A stretch of DNA of 62,631 bases, filler included, from Dicyema japonicum (Eukaryota; Animalia; Dicyemida): assembly GCA_011109175.1 (NCBI GenBank). It is 7 parts of 7 records of this genome, joined end to end, with 100 filler letters (N's around TTAATTAATTAA, not from the genome) between each part and the next. Parts side by side here need not be neighbours in the genome. Positions count along the whole stretch, not along the records: positions 27,638 to 49,139 come from RDEW01000136.1; 6 more parts are not named here. One strand, 5' to 3'. The notes under the pieces are model-generated. The model made no database searches and was not told the DNA's origin. It saw nothing but the letters and a program-made list of their open reading frames with translations. A program made the translations under genes and the position numbers. Numbering within the stretch: the stretch's first letter is position 1; every line of letters starts with the position of its first letter. This document shows, piece by piece, positions 37,313 to 48,890 of this stretch.

Positions 37313-37938
37313 ATGCAGGATTCTCAGGATTTGGAAAATTTGTCGAAAATAATGCCATTCGCAATCAGTAATATAATTTCAACAAATTAGGTGGTCCTCA
37401 GTTAGATATAGGTCCTCCAGTCCGAATGACAAGACAGAAGTTCAAAATCAAACCAACAATAATTACAAGACATCCGATGAGTATTGTTAAGGATGATTTG
37501 AAATTTGGTAACCAAACACGTGCTCGACAGGTACTTCATAATCATAAGACAGATGTTCTGGCATAAACGATTACAGAAATTCTACGGATCTGACGACTCC
37601 ATCAGAGAAAGTCTTAAATCGTTCCTTCCTAAGCCATTTGTACCTACAAATCTTAGTTTGCTTGCATTTTTATAAAAAAGTGAATACAACTCATGTCAGT
37701 GCCCTTCAAAGCATGGTTCATTCTCTTCATGAGGAATACTATCATTTTGGCGGGCAAAAAAATTCGAATTTAAATTTGGATCCTTGTGTGCTAGTGGACC
37801 CATATCAACCACTAATAAATGAAGTACTGATGGTTATTTTAATAGAACTTTGACTTGTCTGACGAAGTTTTGGACTCTCAAATAGAATATATTAATGGAT
37901 TACGATGTCAATTGGCTGAATTGAGGCGGGAATTGTGA
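37313..37938 (+). CDS. MBD2/3: MBD2/3-family NuRD subunit, 177 aa, 5 exons; apparently lacks the N-terminal methyl-CpG-binding domain
   Basis: Exons 37313-37367, 37391-37530, 37553-37655, 37681-37823 and 37846-37938 (introns 23, 22, 25 and 22 nt, GT-AG) give a stop-free protein. PPVRMT..KPTIITRHP..VKDD; RQMFWHKRLQ; ALQSMVHSLH; DP.V.VD..QPL and a C-terminal coiled coil correspond to MBD2/3 PVRQTASIFKQPVT..HP, RQLFWEKRL, LLSAIASALH, NP.V.LN..QPL and the p66-binding helix. Confidence 0.85.
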
Positions 37939-39193
37939 TTGATGATTTTACTTTATTAATTTTATTAGTAATTTTAAGGCTTTAGTTAATTTATTGAGCT
38001 CATTTCCTTGCAAATCGTCAGAGGAAATACGTTCTTAGGGAGTAGCGTTAAATGTGCGATTTTATATTTTTATGGAGAATATAGCCTCAGGTTTTTGTGA
38101 CACATGGGGTTTGAGTTAAGGAACAGTTCTCCGCCTCTAAGCTACATTTAACTAGAAAAGTTAACATCAATCAAGACAACGTATTTATGCGTAGATGCAA
38201 TGTCTCGTTATCTCAATAAAAAAAAAGTACCATCCTCACACCCACACAGTAAACTTTTAAAAGAGTATCACAAATATCATTCTTCCAAACAGTTGTAAAT
38301 ACGTTAGCATGAACCATATATCTCTGCAGGTCAAATCTATCTAATGTTCAAAGAATTTTCATTTGTTTTCAAATACTCTTAGATAGATAATGACCATAAT
38401 GATCCCAGTTCACAGCCGATATGTCGCATTTGAGGAAGACGTCTGGCTCCAATTTTTATAACGAGTTCCTCCGGGAGATGATCTCTTCCTATATCCCACA
38501 TTATTCTCTGTTTTTCCACATAGGTGATTTGATGTGGTGACACGAGGAAGACCACAAACTTATCTCCTTCATAGTTATAGAAGTGATTCGTGTCTTCCGT
38601 CGTCAGAACCTCAATCTCAAGATCGCTTAGATAAGAGTTTCAAACGTCGTCCGCCCCGGATTGTTTTATAGTTTATACCACCAGGATAGATATCAAACTT
38701 CTCTAGAAGAACTCAGCAATCTCCGTATAACAATTCCTTATGTCTTTCGAATATAGACCCCAACACTAATCCACAACATCGAACTACAATAGATATGAAC
38801 TCGCAATGCAACGTCGAGATGATGTTGGAGTTACGTACTTGTAAATCATCTCGTACCAGCTACCACAGCATCCTCCATAGTATATCCACATAGTAATATT
38901 ATTTCATAATGTAAGTATCAGCCTTCTTCATTTTTGCTCGAACGTCGACGTTGGCAGTTGACGCAAGTGGTGCCAGTTCATGCCTTTCCCTAGGGATGGG
39001 GCATCCTCAGACAATTGGCTCAAACTTTTTATACGTTCTAAATATTTTGATAGTATATGGGGGCAATTCTTTCAAAATTTTCAATACTCAGTTATTAACT
39101 GGTTAATATAATTATTCCACCTAATATGCGAAAATAGTGAATGAACCCAATATTATAATTAACCCAAATAACCGATATTAATTAGTGAAGTAA

Positions 39194-40109
39194 CTATAAT
39201 TGAGAATATTTTCTGTTGTATTTTAACAAGAAAATAGCAGTAACAATCAATGATGCTGTAGCAATTACACAAACAGTTATTATATATTTGTTTTCTAAAT
39301 TTAACTTACTGAATGCATGAGAGTTGACAGTATTTCTTAAATAACTATGAGTTGTAGTTGTCTTTATTTTTGTCTTTAAAGCAATTGAAGTTAATTTTTT
39401 GTTTTTAAATTCTACAAATTTCCTTTTAGAATAGTACTGTTTATATAACTTTGAGTTGTAGTTGTCTTTATTTTTGTATTTAAATGGGGTGTTGATTTTA
39501 ATCTGTTATTTCTTTTGAAATCACATCCGAGATCTAAATGTAGGAATTTATGAGTACCATTTCCAGTAAATAATGTATAATTATCTGTTTTTAATATTTG
39601 CATTTTCATATCTTTTATTTTTATTTTTTCACATTCAGAATAAATACAACTATTTCACTGCAGTTATAATAACCGTTAGTTGAAATGAGTATATTTTCAA
39701 CTCCACGACCAGCATTAGTGGAAATTCATGTTAATAGCAAAGAAACAGAACATATATTAGTTGATCTTAAATAATCAACCATTATTGAAAAATATATATC
39801 ATTTTTCTTCCATTTAAGGATAAAATCAAATCGGCCGAATTTTCCGAAATAAAAAATTGCGTCATTTAAATTTTCATATATTATCTTCATTAAATATAAT
39901 GTGATTACAATATTATTAATTTTATATTCAATGTCAATTATTCCAATAAACAATGCTACAATCCGATCATCCTCTAATGCACCCCACATTGGCACATTAT
40001 TATACAACTTATTAAATGTCTTAATATTCTTCACTAGTGATTTATTGGTTACCATACACATATATATTACTATTATTAATTTATTTTGTAAACCTAGTAA
40101 TTGGAGCAT
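39194..40109 (-). pseudogene. LAMP-like type I membrane protein, paralog 1 (signal peptide, LAMP-like domain, Thr-rich stalk, TM, tail ending YSQL); one stop and one frameshift
   Basis: Introns 40070-40093 (24 nt), 39885-39908 (24 nt) and 39412-39437 (26 nt). Features: MLQLLVIYMCMV.., VALFIGIIDIEY, GYYNCS, KIKIKDMKMQI, GCDFK, KTTTT x2, TM YIITVCVIATASLIVTAIFLL, tail KYNRKYSQL*. TGA at 39726 and a frameshift near 39640. Confidence 0.6.
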
Positions 40110-40261
40110 TTTCACAGCAATTATTCTAATTATGAATATTTAAATAAAAAATAAAAAGTAATTTTAAATTTAATAAACTTATTAATTTTTAATACTTACT
40201 TTTTATTGTTGAACGAGTGCCGGACATAAGGCCAAATTGTCCATATTTCGGGAGGAAAAAT

Positions 40262-40582
40262 AGTCGCGTGGCGCCATGTGGTGCTTCGTGGCTAATTGGT
40301 TGAAGTTTCTGTTTTGTTCGTCTGTTATTCCTCTCTTTTCTTAATAGAGTGCCGTCATGTGATCCACCTGTCTAGGTGACGCCCAGTGCCATGATGGCAC
40401 GAAAAAGGATCATTTGCTCTTCCCCACTCCACTGGAGGGGTTTCCACAACTGCATGTAATGGACGTCTTACCTTTTATGGAGATTCCGGATGACTCTGTT
40501 TCTGTAGAAGTGAAGACTGGATACACTTAATTAGTTGTTTACTTTAAATTCTTTCTCGGTGTATCCGGGGTTAATAATAAAT
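40262..40582 (+). mobile_element. SINE family B, full-length
   Basis: Colinear with 11201-11523. Confidence 0.75.
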
Positions 40583-40904
40583 ATTTCGATTCTGTACATT
40601 CCGGCTTATGTTCCATGCATTTACGATGCTCATTAACATTGAAGATAATTAAAGTTATAAATTCTGAAAACATTAACTCTAGAGGAATTTTGTATACAAT
40701 TTTGGAGATATCTATGAGATTTGTATAATATAGCATATTTTAAAGTTATTCTATTTAGTCTGAGACTATTATTATTTAAAATGAAATGGAAAACTTCAAT
40801 GCACACGGTTAACACCAAAATTATAAAAAACAGTTTTTGTGTGAGATGGGCATGTCATTCATGTGCGAATTTAAAAGCTCTGAAGATAATGGGGATTTTT
40901 TCAC

Positions 40905-41125
40905 CGGGTGGAAGGTTACGCATCTACGATGCTAAAAGGACTTGACTAGTGACGCCGTCATCAGTGGAGATTCACTGCGGAACTGGATAGTCTAAAAGGA
41001 CAAACAACTAAATAAAAGAAAACGAAAATTGAAGAGCATTCCTTGGTTCTCACTCTACGATTAGTTATAGTAGCTTTTCTTTGCTTAAAAATAAAGTGTC
41101 TGTTCTGCCTGTGGGGAGTTATAAC
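40905..41125 (+). mobile_element. SINE family A, 5'-truncated
   Basis: GGTGGAAGGTTAC..GCATCTACGATGC..GTGACGCCGTCATCAGTGGAGAT..AATAAAGTGTCTGTTCTGCC matches 28005-28230. Confidence 0.75.
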
Positions 41126-41329
41126 TGACATACTTCTCGGAAAGTGCGAACAATATTATGTCGCGAGCGCTACCTGCAACTATGCGCTACTTGCAATATC
41201 GATTTTTTTTTTGCTCGAAATTAAACGAGTAGTATTAAGACACTCACAAGTCGAAATTTTTTAGACAAGACAAGACAAATTTTATTTTCTAACAAACCCC
41301 AAAACTAATTACTGTAAAGAAACCAAAAC

Positions 41330-42400
41330 CTGAACCAAAACTAATTAAGTGGGTTTGTATTCATCGTGTAGGGTCATTTTATGAGACACCACATGTCTCT
41401 ACTTCGTTTGGACCCCAAAAATTACATCACATTTTCCATAAGTGATGTAATAATTTTTCTATCTTTCTGACTTTCAGGTCGTAATCCTCTTCGATATTAG
41501 ATTTTAAGTCCAGTCCATATGCCAATTTAATCGCAAATCTTCTGGACTTTTCCAATTTTTTGACAAAGACATCACTTTCTTTTGTTCTAAACCATCCTTG
41601 ATAACCATATATCAAGAATGGTTCAACACACGCCGAATACACAAAAGAAAAGTTTCAGGCTCCAAATGAAATCGAATTAAAGATTTCAACATTCCTGTAG
41701 CTTTCTTTCTTCGTGTTTTAATATGTTCCTTGAAAGATCCTCTTCGGTCTATCAACAATCCGAGATACTTCAATGTTTCAGAGATTTTATATCCCAGTAT
41801 TCACACATTGATTAATATTTTTTCTTTTACTTGCAATCCAAGTGACTGTTGTTTTTTCCCTCGATAGAGTCAACCCATTGTTTTGGCACCACTTTCCAAT
41901 CTTAGTAATATGGGATTCCACCCTTTTCCATGAAATTTGTTTATTCATGCTTGAATCAAGCACAAGAATGTCATCAGCATAAATAATCATTTGACTATTT
42001 ACGCTCTCTGTTTTCGGCAAATCTCTCATTACGCAATTGAAGAGTAGCGGGCTGAGAATTGAACCCTGTGGAACTCCTCTTCGCAATTCAATTTTCTTTG
42101 AAATTAAATTTCCAACACGTATATATGACTTTCTTTTTGAAAGAAAGTTTTCTATCCATAATAACGCAGTTTTCCCAATTTCTGCTTTTGACAACGTATC
42201 AACAAGTCCAAAGTGCCAAACACTGTCAAACGCTTTTGTTATATCCAAACATGCTATTGTAAGAAATTCCTTTTATTTCGTGAAATTTCGATTGCAGATC
42301 TTAGCTCTTTAAAGCAATCTCCAGTCCCTTTTTTATGCCGAAATCCCAGTTGATTATCGAAATTTTTTAACAGATAACATGATTTATTCGCAAAACCCAA
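41330..42400 (-). mobile_element. I/Jockey-like LINE RT 3' fragment nested in the Ginger element
   Basis: DITKAFDSVWH, GVPQGSILSPLLFN, YADD and EPFLIYG motifs; C-terminal cysteine-motif remnant. Confidence 0.85.
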
Positions 42401-42439
42401 CTAACTAAACAAGGTAAGAGCCATTAACTAAAGAGGAAA

Positions 42440-43400
42440 GCCAAAATTTGGGGTCGTCTATATCGGGGCACTATCATGAGACACCGTATGTCTCTTCTCC
42501 GTAAAAAGCCCCAATTACAATGCGAGTTTCCACAAGCAATGTAATAAATCACCGATTCTTCTTGTTTTTCTTTCGTATTCGTCATCAATTTCAGATGCTA
42601 AATCCAATCCATGTGCTTCAATTTAGTTTCGTTTATAATTAGAACTTCCATCTGGATCGTGCTATAGCAACCAGCACTGAGGCCCGTTTCCGAAGAGAAC
42701 GGGCATTAATCAGGGTTATCCTGACTACTTCTGGTTTTTTTCGGTGGCTGCCCTCTCTTCTTAAGAGCACCACTCTCTTCTCTGTGTTGAAGCTTCTACT
42801 GTTTCTTTTTTAGAAGGTTTCTTATTATATGTCGTATTCCAGCCAGTCTGCCCATACATTCTAAACTCTGACTTTAATTTCTTATTCGTTCCAGTTTTGG
42901 AAACTTCACTTTCTCCATTATGGGCATTTTCTCGTTTTAGAAATAATTTTCCATTCGATTCTTTCCTTTTTTGGTCAATTTTGTTTTTCTTCGCAATGTT
43001 AGCTTCAACAGCCTTGGGCATCTTCCATAATTTAGTTTCGTTTATAATTAGAACTTCCATCTGGATCGTGCTGGCTATAGCAACCAGCACTGAACCCGTT
43101 TCCAAAGAGAACGGGCATTAATCAGGGTTATCCTGACTACTTCTGGTTTTTTTTTTTCGGTGGCTGCCCTCTCTTCTCTGTATTGAAGCTTCTACTGTTT
43201 CTTTTTTAGAATGTTTCTTACTATATGTCCTATTCCAGCCAGTTTTAATTTCTTATTCGTTCCAATTTTGGAAACTTCACTTTCTCCATTATGGGCATTT
43301 TCTCGTTTTAGAGATAATTTTCCATTCGATTCTTTCCTTTTTGGTCAATTTTGTTTTTTTTCGCTATGTTAGCTTCAACAGCCTTGGGACATCTTCCATA
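42440..43400 (-). mobile_element. Second LINE 3' end plus internally repeated Lys-rich segments
   Basis: 42440-42560 is homologous to the LINE tail at 41360-41460; direct repeats 42625-42780/43035-43200 and 42880-43020/43250-43390. Confidence 0.5.
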
Positions 43401-43620
43401 ATTGGCAAAGTCGATGGATGAACCACAATTCAAAAAACTTATTGTTTTTAACTGGACACTGCGATCTTCTATGTGAATCAGAACAAAGAAGACATCTTTC
43501 ATCACATCTCCATTAGCCCTGAAGTATGTTACTCAAACTCGTAGTATATTTCTTCGTCTTGTAGCACAAGTGGCACCACTTTTTTCACCAGTGGCACCAC
43601 CAGACCATTTTAAAGAAACC
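43400..43620 (-). mobile_element. Possible LTR-retroelement gag knuckle / aspartic protease remnant
   Basis: KWCHLCYK followed by ISFLNCGSSIDF, which resembles a decayed LIDSGSS protease site. Confidence 0.3.
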
Positions 43621-43911
43621 AGTTTTACTCAAAAAACATGAAACTAAAATTATATGTAGATTTATGTTATGCTTTAAAAAATATAAAATTGAATTTATTT
43701 TTTAAATTCTTAAATTATCTTACTATTAATAATACTGATAAGCATTCTAAATAATTTAAAAATTAATTTCAACAATAAAACTCTTAATTTTTCAATATTT
43801 TAAACTATTAAAAATTCCGGGTTATACGATTGTATTCATTTAAGTTTCAATTAAGACAAAAAATTCAAAAAAAAAAATTTTTATTTATAAGAAAAGGTAA
43901 GTCACTTCTTT

Positions 43912-44345
43912 TTAAAGCTTTTTAACGCGACTCATGTGGAAGATCTCGCTATGTCCCTCATTTGATTGAAGTGTCATTCGCTTGTTAGACAATATATCTA
44001 CGACTTTCACTTTTTCACTGTAGGGAAACTCAAATTTCCCTAACTTTAGCGAGGGATTTGTTCCATGGTCTTTTTTTACGCAAACCTATATAGTTAATTT
44101 AGTCAGTTAAGAGCTCTTTCGCGTGGCCCTAAAAGGGGTTCGCTTGAGCCATGATTTGCAGCCATCCTCCTCGCCCACGCTATCTTGTTCCTGGCCCTCA
44201 TTCGAACATCATCCAGATCGTCCGCTGTCACCAATTTACGACTATTTTGTTCGTAGTCATCTTTTAAGCAGGTTGGAAGTGTGTTTCTTGGTCTTTTTGG
44301 TTGAAGTGGTGACGTGCTTCTGTTTTTCTTCTCTAGAAAATTCAT
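43912..44345 (-). pseudogene. Ginger-like integrase C-terminal fragment (GPY/F-type region), one 29-nt intron
   Basis: ..LDDVRMRARNKIAWARRMAANHGSSEPLLGPRER|VCVKKDHGTNPSLKLGKFEFPYSEKVKVVDILSNKRMTLQSNEGHSEIFHMSRVKKL*; intron 44086-44114. Homologous to the C-terminus of 60983-62474. Confidence 0.8.
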
Positions 44346-44980
44346 GTCTTTATCATGTCTAAATGCAAACCTATTAAACTCTATTTGATGAATCCACTAA
44401 TATATTAATGAAGAAAATATAAGACAATACAAAAATAATATGGAATAAGCATTAGCACAAACGAAGCACCACAACAACGTGGGAGAAGCGTGACATAACA
44501 ATTTAAATTAGAATTAATAGTTATATTAATTTTATACATTAAAATTAATATTTTATATTACTAAAAATTAGAATTTTAATCCAAAAAAATAATTTTCATA
44601 GATTCAAAAAAAATTCAAAAAAATTCAAAAAATCGATATTGCAAGTAGCGCATAGTTGCAAGTAGCGCTCGCGACATATTATTATTATTTTTATTTTGCT
44701 TAAGTACTGATGGTTATTCTAATAAATAAATAGGTTAATGTATGACCGAATTAACAAAAGGCTTTTAGATGGCTCTTTTGCTATTCTGACTAAAATAGAC
44801 AAAGCGTACGTAATTTCAAGAGTAAAATAGTACAACTATAATAAATACAAAAGAGCAACATTTTCACAGTTATGGATAAAATAAAATTATCTTTAATTTA
44901 TGTTTATTAATATTTTATTAATTTTATTTGATTTTATATTAATAAAAATTTTGATTAATTGTGACAATAACGTTGTGTGA

Positions 44981-45470
44981 ATGTTCCAATTACTAGGTAT
45001 ATAATAATAAATAATATTACCAGTATATTCATGTATAATCATTTGTAAATCAACAATGAGTGAAATTATAACTTCAGTAATATTGGATAATGCAGTACCA
45101 ATGTGGGTTGTTAGAGAGGATGCTCGGACTATAGTATTATTTAAAGGAAAAATTGTTGTCTCGTACAAAATTAATAATACTGTAATCACATTATATTACT
45201 AAAAAGATTTTACATGAAAATTTTAATGATGCAACATTTGATTTTAAAAAATTTGAATGTGGTAAAGTAATGTTTTCTTGGACGAAAAATGGCATAAAAA
45301 TAATATTTACTACCAAATATCTTGCTCATATTAATTTATTATCAGTTCGTTTGGAATTATCAGTATTCAAGCATAAATGTAAAGAAAATGGTTTATTAAT
45401 TTAGATCATGAAAAATTTGTTGATTTTCTGGAGAAATTCAAAAATAACAGTTATTATAAATGTAGCAAAT
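44981..45470 (+). pseudogene. LAMP-like paralog 2, 5' part, interrupted by a LINE endonuclease fragment
   Basis: Introns 44997-45023 (27 nt), 45182-45206 (25 nt) and 45379-45404 (26 nt). Frame is open: MFQLLVYSCIIICKS..VPMWVVREDARTIVLFKGKIVVSYKINNT|ILHENFNDATF..NNSYYKCSK. First two intron positions match paralog 1. Confidence 0.65.
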
Positions 45471-45996
45471 GTGTTATGTATTTCCCTCCATATGGAATGT
45501 CACTATAAGTGAGTCTGGATAAGTCCAACAAGAATCCTTTCGGGCAAGAGGACGGACGAGGGACATATATGTTAGCAATTTTGAGAGTACTCGATCCGTT
45601 TGATATTGAAATTCCGGAGATTTCCGTGGTCCCATTGTTAGTTAGCGACTTAAGTTCAGCGGATATGTCAGAATAACGAAGGTTCTTTCTGATGATGGTA
45701 AGAAGGCCTCCACCGAGTGGGTTCGGGCGATCTAGGCGGATGCAGTCGAAACCTGGAAAATGAGGAGTAGTCGCGGACTCAGTCAACTTGCTTTCTTGAA
45801 GCAGGATCACGTCAATGTTTTGGTTGTTTGTGAAGGATCGTAATTCGAGAATTTTGCTCTTTAATTCCGTTGATGTTAATCTGCAGAATTGAAAGTTGGA
45901 GACCTGGGTTGAGCTCGATGTCGCCAGAGAGTAGTAGAAGGATCCCATTGAGAGTTGATGGGAGAAGAGTTGAAGGAAGCCGTACGAAGGAACCAA
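45470..45996 (-). mobile_element. I/Jockey-group LINE AP endonuclease fragment
   Basis: IDVILLQESKL, FPGFDCIRLDRP..GGGLL and IANIYVP motifs. Confidence 0.85.
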
Positions 45997-46759
45997 CTTG
46001 GGATTTAAATTAATTATTTTAATATAACTAAAATATAAAACATGTGTAAATTACTAGGACGTTCAACAACAACTAATTTGACAAAACTAGTCCAATTCAT
46101 CTCTGACGGCCTTGAAAACCTCAAATCCACACAAAGAACCGTGGTGTATAGAAGGCTTTTGACTCACTATCCCGGAAAATAAATTCACTTGAAGCACTTC
46201 CCGACTAGTCTCGATCTTCAAAATATTTATACGAGAAATGAATGGACTTCAGATTTCACATGCTTAAAAAATCACGGTTCAATAAATTGGTTGTAAATAG
46301 AATTCAAAATAGGATTATTTCCGATTTTCCATATTCCAGATAGACAGTTGTATACATTAGTCTTCTTTCTATATTTTGTTATATCTAGGGCGATTTTTTG
46401 ACTTTAAAAATTCAAAATTGTGTGAATGGAACAAGAAAATCAGATATTTTAGCAGTATCACCTGTGAAATACTACTAAAATGATTAGCAGTTAGTTTGAA
46501 ATGTTTATTAGACAAAAGATCAAATAAATAGCTGTTGTCAGAAAATTCGTGAGTTGAAAATTCACCAGGATGTTTTCTAATAACAGTCATAACCTTTTTA
46601 ATGACCTTCCTGATACGAATGTGGCATAACAGATGACACGTTAGTACTTTATTTCAAAAACTCTAAAAATTAATTAATAAAAATGTTGACTTTATATTTT
46701 TATTTAAGCACTTCACGAGAGCCATACTATTTATAGCCCCGCATGTGCTGCAAAAGAAA

Positions 46760-48890
46760 CAAGGTTAGATGTCATCCTTTTCCATGCTCCCCTGTTTCTA
46801 GCCAAGGCTCCCATGTTGTCCAGGTCGTCGGCATTTATTAGATTTTTTTGATATTACCAGGCCTTTTTGTAAGACTATTGGCAGTGTTGTTCTTGGTCTT
46901 CCACGATAGCGGCCTTCTTGGCTAACATAGTATGTTTCCATAGATATGTTAGGTGGGGATGTTAATTCCATCCTCAGCACGTGTCCGAAGAGCTTCCATC
47001 GGGATTCCAGTACTTCTAAACTGATGGGTCTAGTGCGGCATCTCTTATATAAAGCATTCCTCGATATTCTCGTAGGCCAAGTAGTTCTTGTTATTTTTTC
47101 TCAGCTGACATCAGTGGAATGAGTTTAGTTTTTCCATTTCCGCTGATGAGTCGCCCAAATTCCAGCGTTATATAAAAGTACCGGTTTTATAAATGAGTCG
47201 TATAATATGATTCTCATTTTCGTGTCGATGCCTTTTTGATTGAGCCATAGATTCTTCAGTTTATATAACGCAGCATTGGCTAGAGTTTTCCTACGTAAAA
47301 TATCTTCGCTATCTCCCAAAAGTGAACCGAGTTTCTTTACTTGTCGCCATTTCTCTTCGGCCATTTCTCTTGATTCCTCGGCCGTGATTGGTATCTTAAG
47401 GAGTCTTGGCCTTCCATCAAATGAGTGGATTTCTATGGTTTTAATGTTGAAAAGCTTCTCAAAGTAGCCGCGATGGCTTCAGTTTGTTTTTGGTGTTCAG
47501 TATCTGCTTACCGTTCTCGTCTTTTATGGTTAGTCGACTTCTGTTTGTTCGCCGCAGCAAACGGGCAGCGACGTACACCTGTGCGTTGTCTTTCACTTTG
47601 TTTACTTCTTCTATACAGGAGCTATTTCTTCTATGAAAAGCTTTTTGTTCAGATCCTTTATTTTTCTTCTGACACGTTGCCTTTCGTTTTGAAGGGTTTT
47701 TATCGTATTAGCGTCAGTGGCATTTTATTTTCTCATATTTATTTCTTTTAAACTTTTCGCAAGCTCAGGAACATCTGGATGAATAGTTTTACTATTCTCT
47801 CTTTTGCCAAGACATGCTTCAGCAGCTTCATTGATGGTGTCCTTCTGTGCGTTTCCAGGCGTCTTCTTACGCGGTATCCACCAATACGTCCTGCATATGA
47901 GTCTGAATGTATTGTTGAAATCTCTCAGTAGTCTCCGGTTGGGAAATCAGCCTTTCAGTCTCGTAGTCGCCTTTGATTTTCTCAAATTCGTGATTGCATT
48001 CTTGTATTTGATGGCATGTTTTTTCAGGATGAAGGTCGCAATAACCATTTTGTGGTCGCTGACAGTCGTCGAGCCTTCATTTGAACGTGCGTTTACTAGA
48101 AGGTGTTTGTCTTTAGCCCGGCATATGACATAATCTATTTGGTTGTATATTGGGACCAGCTTTCCATCTGAGTTCCTTCGCTTCCCCATCCACGTAGTTT
48201 TGTGGCAGGCAGGATGCGTAAATGCAGTATTGCATAGGAAAAGGTTGTGTGCCATACAAAAGTTACCAATTATTGTCCCGGGTAGATTTCTTATTCACGT
48301 CCTTGTTCTCCCAAGAAACTTCATCCCGATTTTTGCATTCAAATCCCCAGCAATGAGTATTAGTGATGACGACTCATATTCGTTGTACGTCCGTAACAGT
48401 GTTGAATAGAAGTCGTCTAGTTCTGTCGGATCTTTCGCTACTCTCCCGCAGTGTGGCGCATAAACATTTACAATTGTCAGAAAGCTCTTCGAAGGAGGTA
48501 AGTCGTTTAGTCGGATTTGTATAACACAGATCCTGTCATTCACACTCCATATACGGTGGACTGCACTTGTCAACTTTGAGTGGATGGCAAATCCAATCCA
48601 TAATATTTTGAGTCGCTCGGCTGACATATAATTCGATATTCGCCATAGTTCTCATCAAGGCTACAAGTAACTTTCGTCTCTTGTAGGCACCCAATAGATA
48701 CGTCGTATCTCTCCAAGTTGTCACTGAGAATCTTCCTCGACCAGGTCGTCGATAAGCCTCTAGCATTGAACGTAAGGACCTTTAGACGAGATGCATTCCT
48801 TTGTATCCCTTGTCTTTTTGACATTTTTCTCAATTGCGATCCAATCAAGAAACGAGGCACGTCACAACCTCACCAAAAAAACTTGACTTT
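46760..48890 (-). mobile_element. RTE-like LINE retaining APE, linker and C-terminus but missing the RT core
   Basis: APE (LTFNARGL, IGCLQETK, VNVYAPH, AGDLNAKIG, NQIDYVI, SDHKMV) and linker join directly near 47375 to KWRQVKKLGSLLG..KPVLLYNAGIW..YRGRPRTTLP. Confidence 0.85.

Larger units (their letters stand above)
41159..44676 (-). mobile_element. Ginger-like DNA transposon, 3518 bp, internally deleted, with nested insertions
   Basis: ~50-bp TIRs (41159-41208, 44627-44676) start TGTCGCGAGCGCTAC and differ by one mismatch; TATTA on both flanks (5-bp TSD). Integrase C-terminus at 44345-43912. Confidence 0.85.

Noticed and set aside
38000-39050. Gene or RT remnant between MBD2/3 and the LAMP-like gene
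   Set aside because: Scattered protein-like fragments (GADDV; LTLLPKNVFP) in different frames with many stops; not enough to call.
39901-40143. Paralogous ORFs 39901-40143 (+) and 44893-45189 (-) as a protein family
   Set aside because: They are antisense shadows of the spliced LAMP-like genes, whose signal peptides and introns lie on the opposite strands.
44103-44345. Captured host gene inside the TIR element
   Set aside because: After one intron it continues into sequence homologous to the integrase C-terminus at 61186-60983, so it is the element's own gene.
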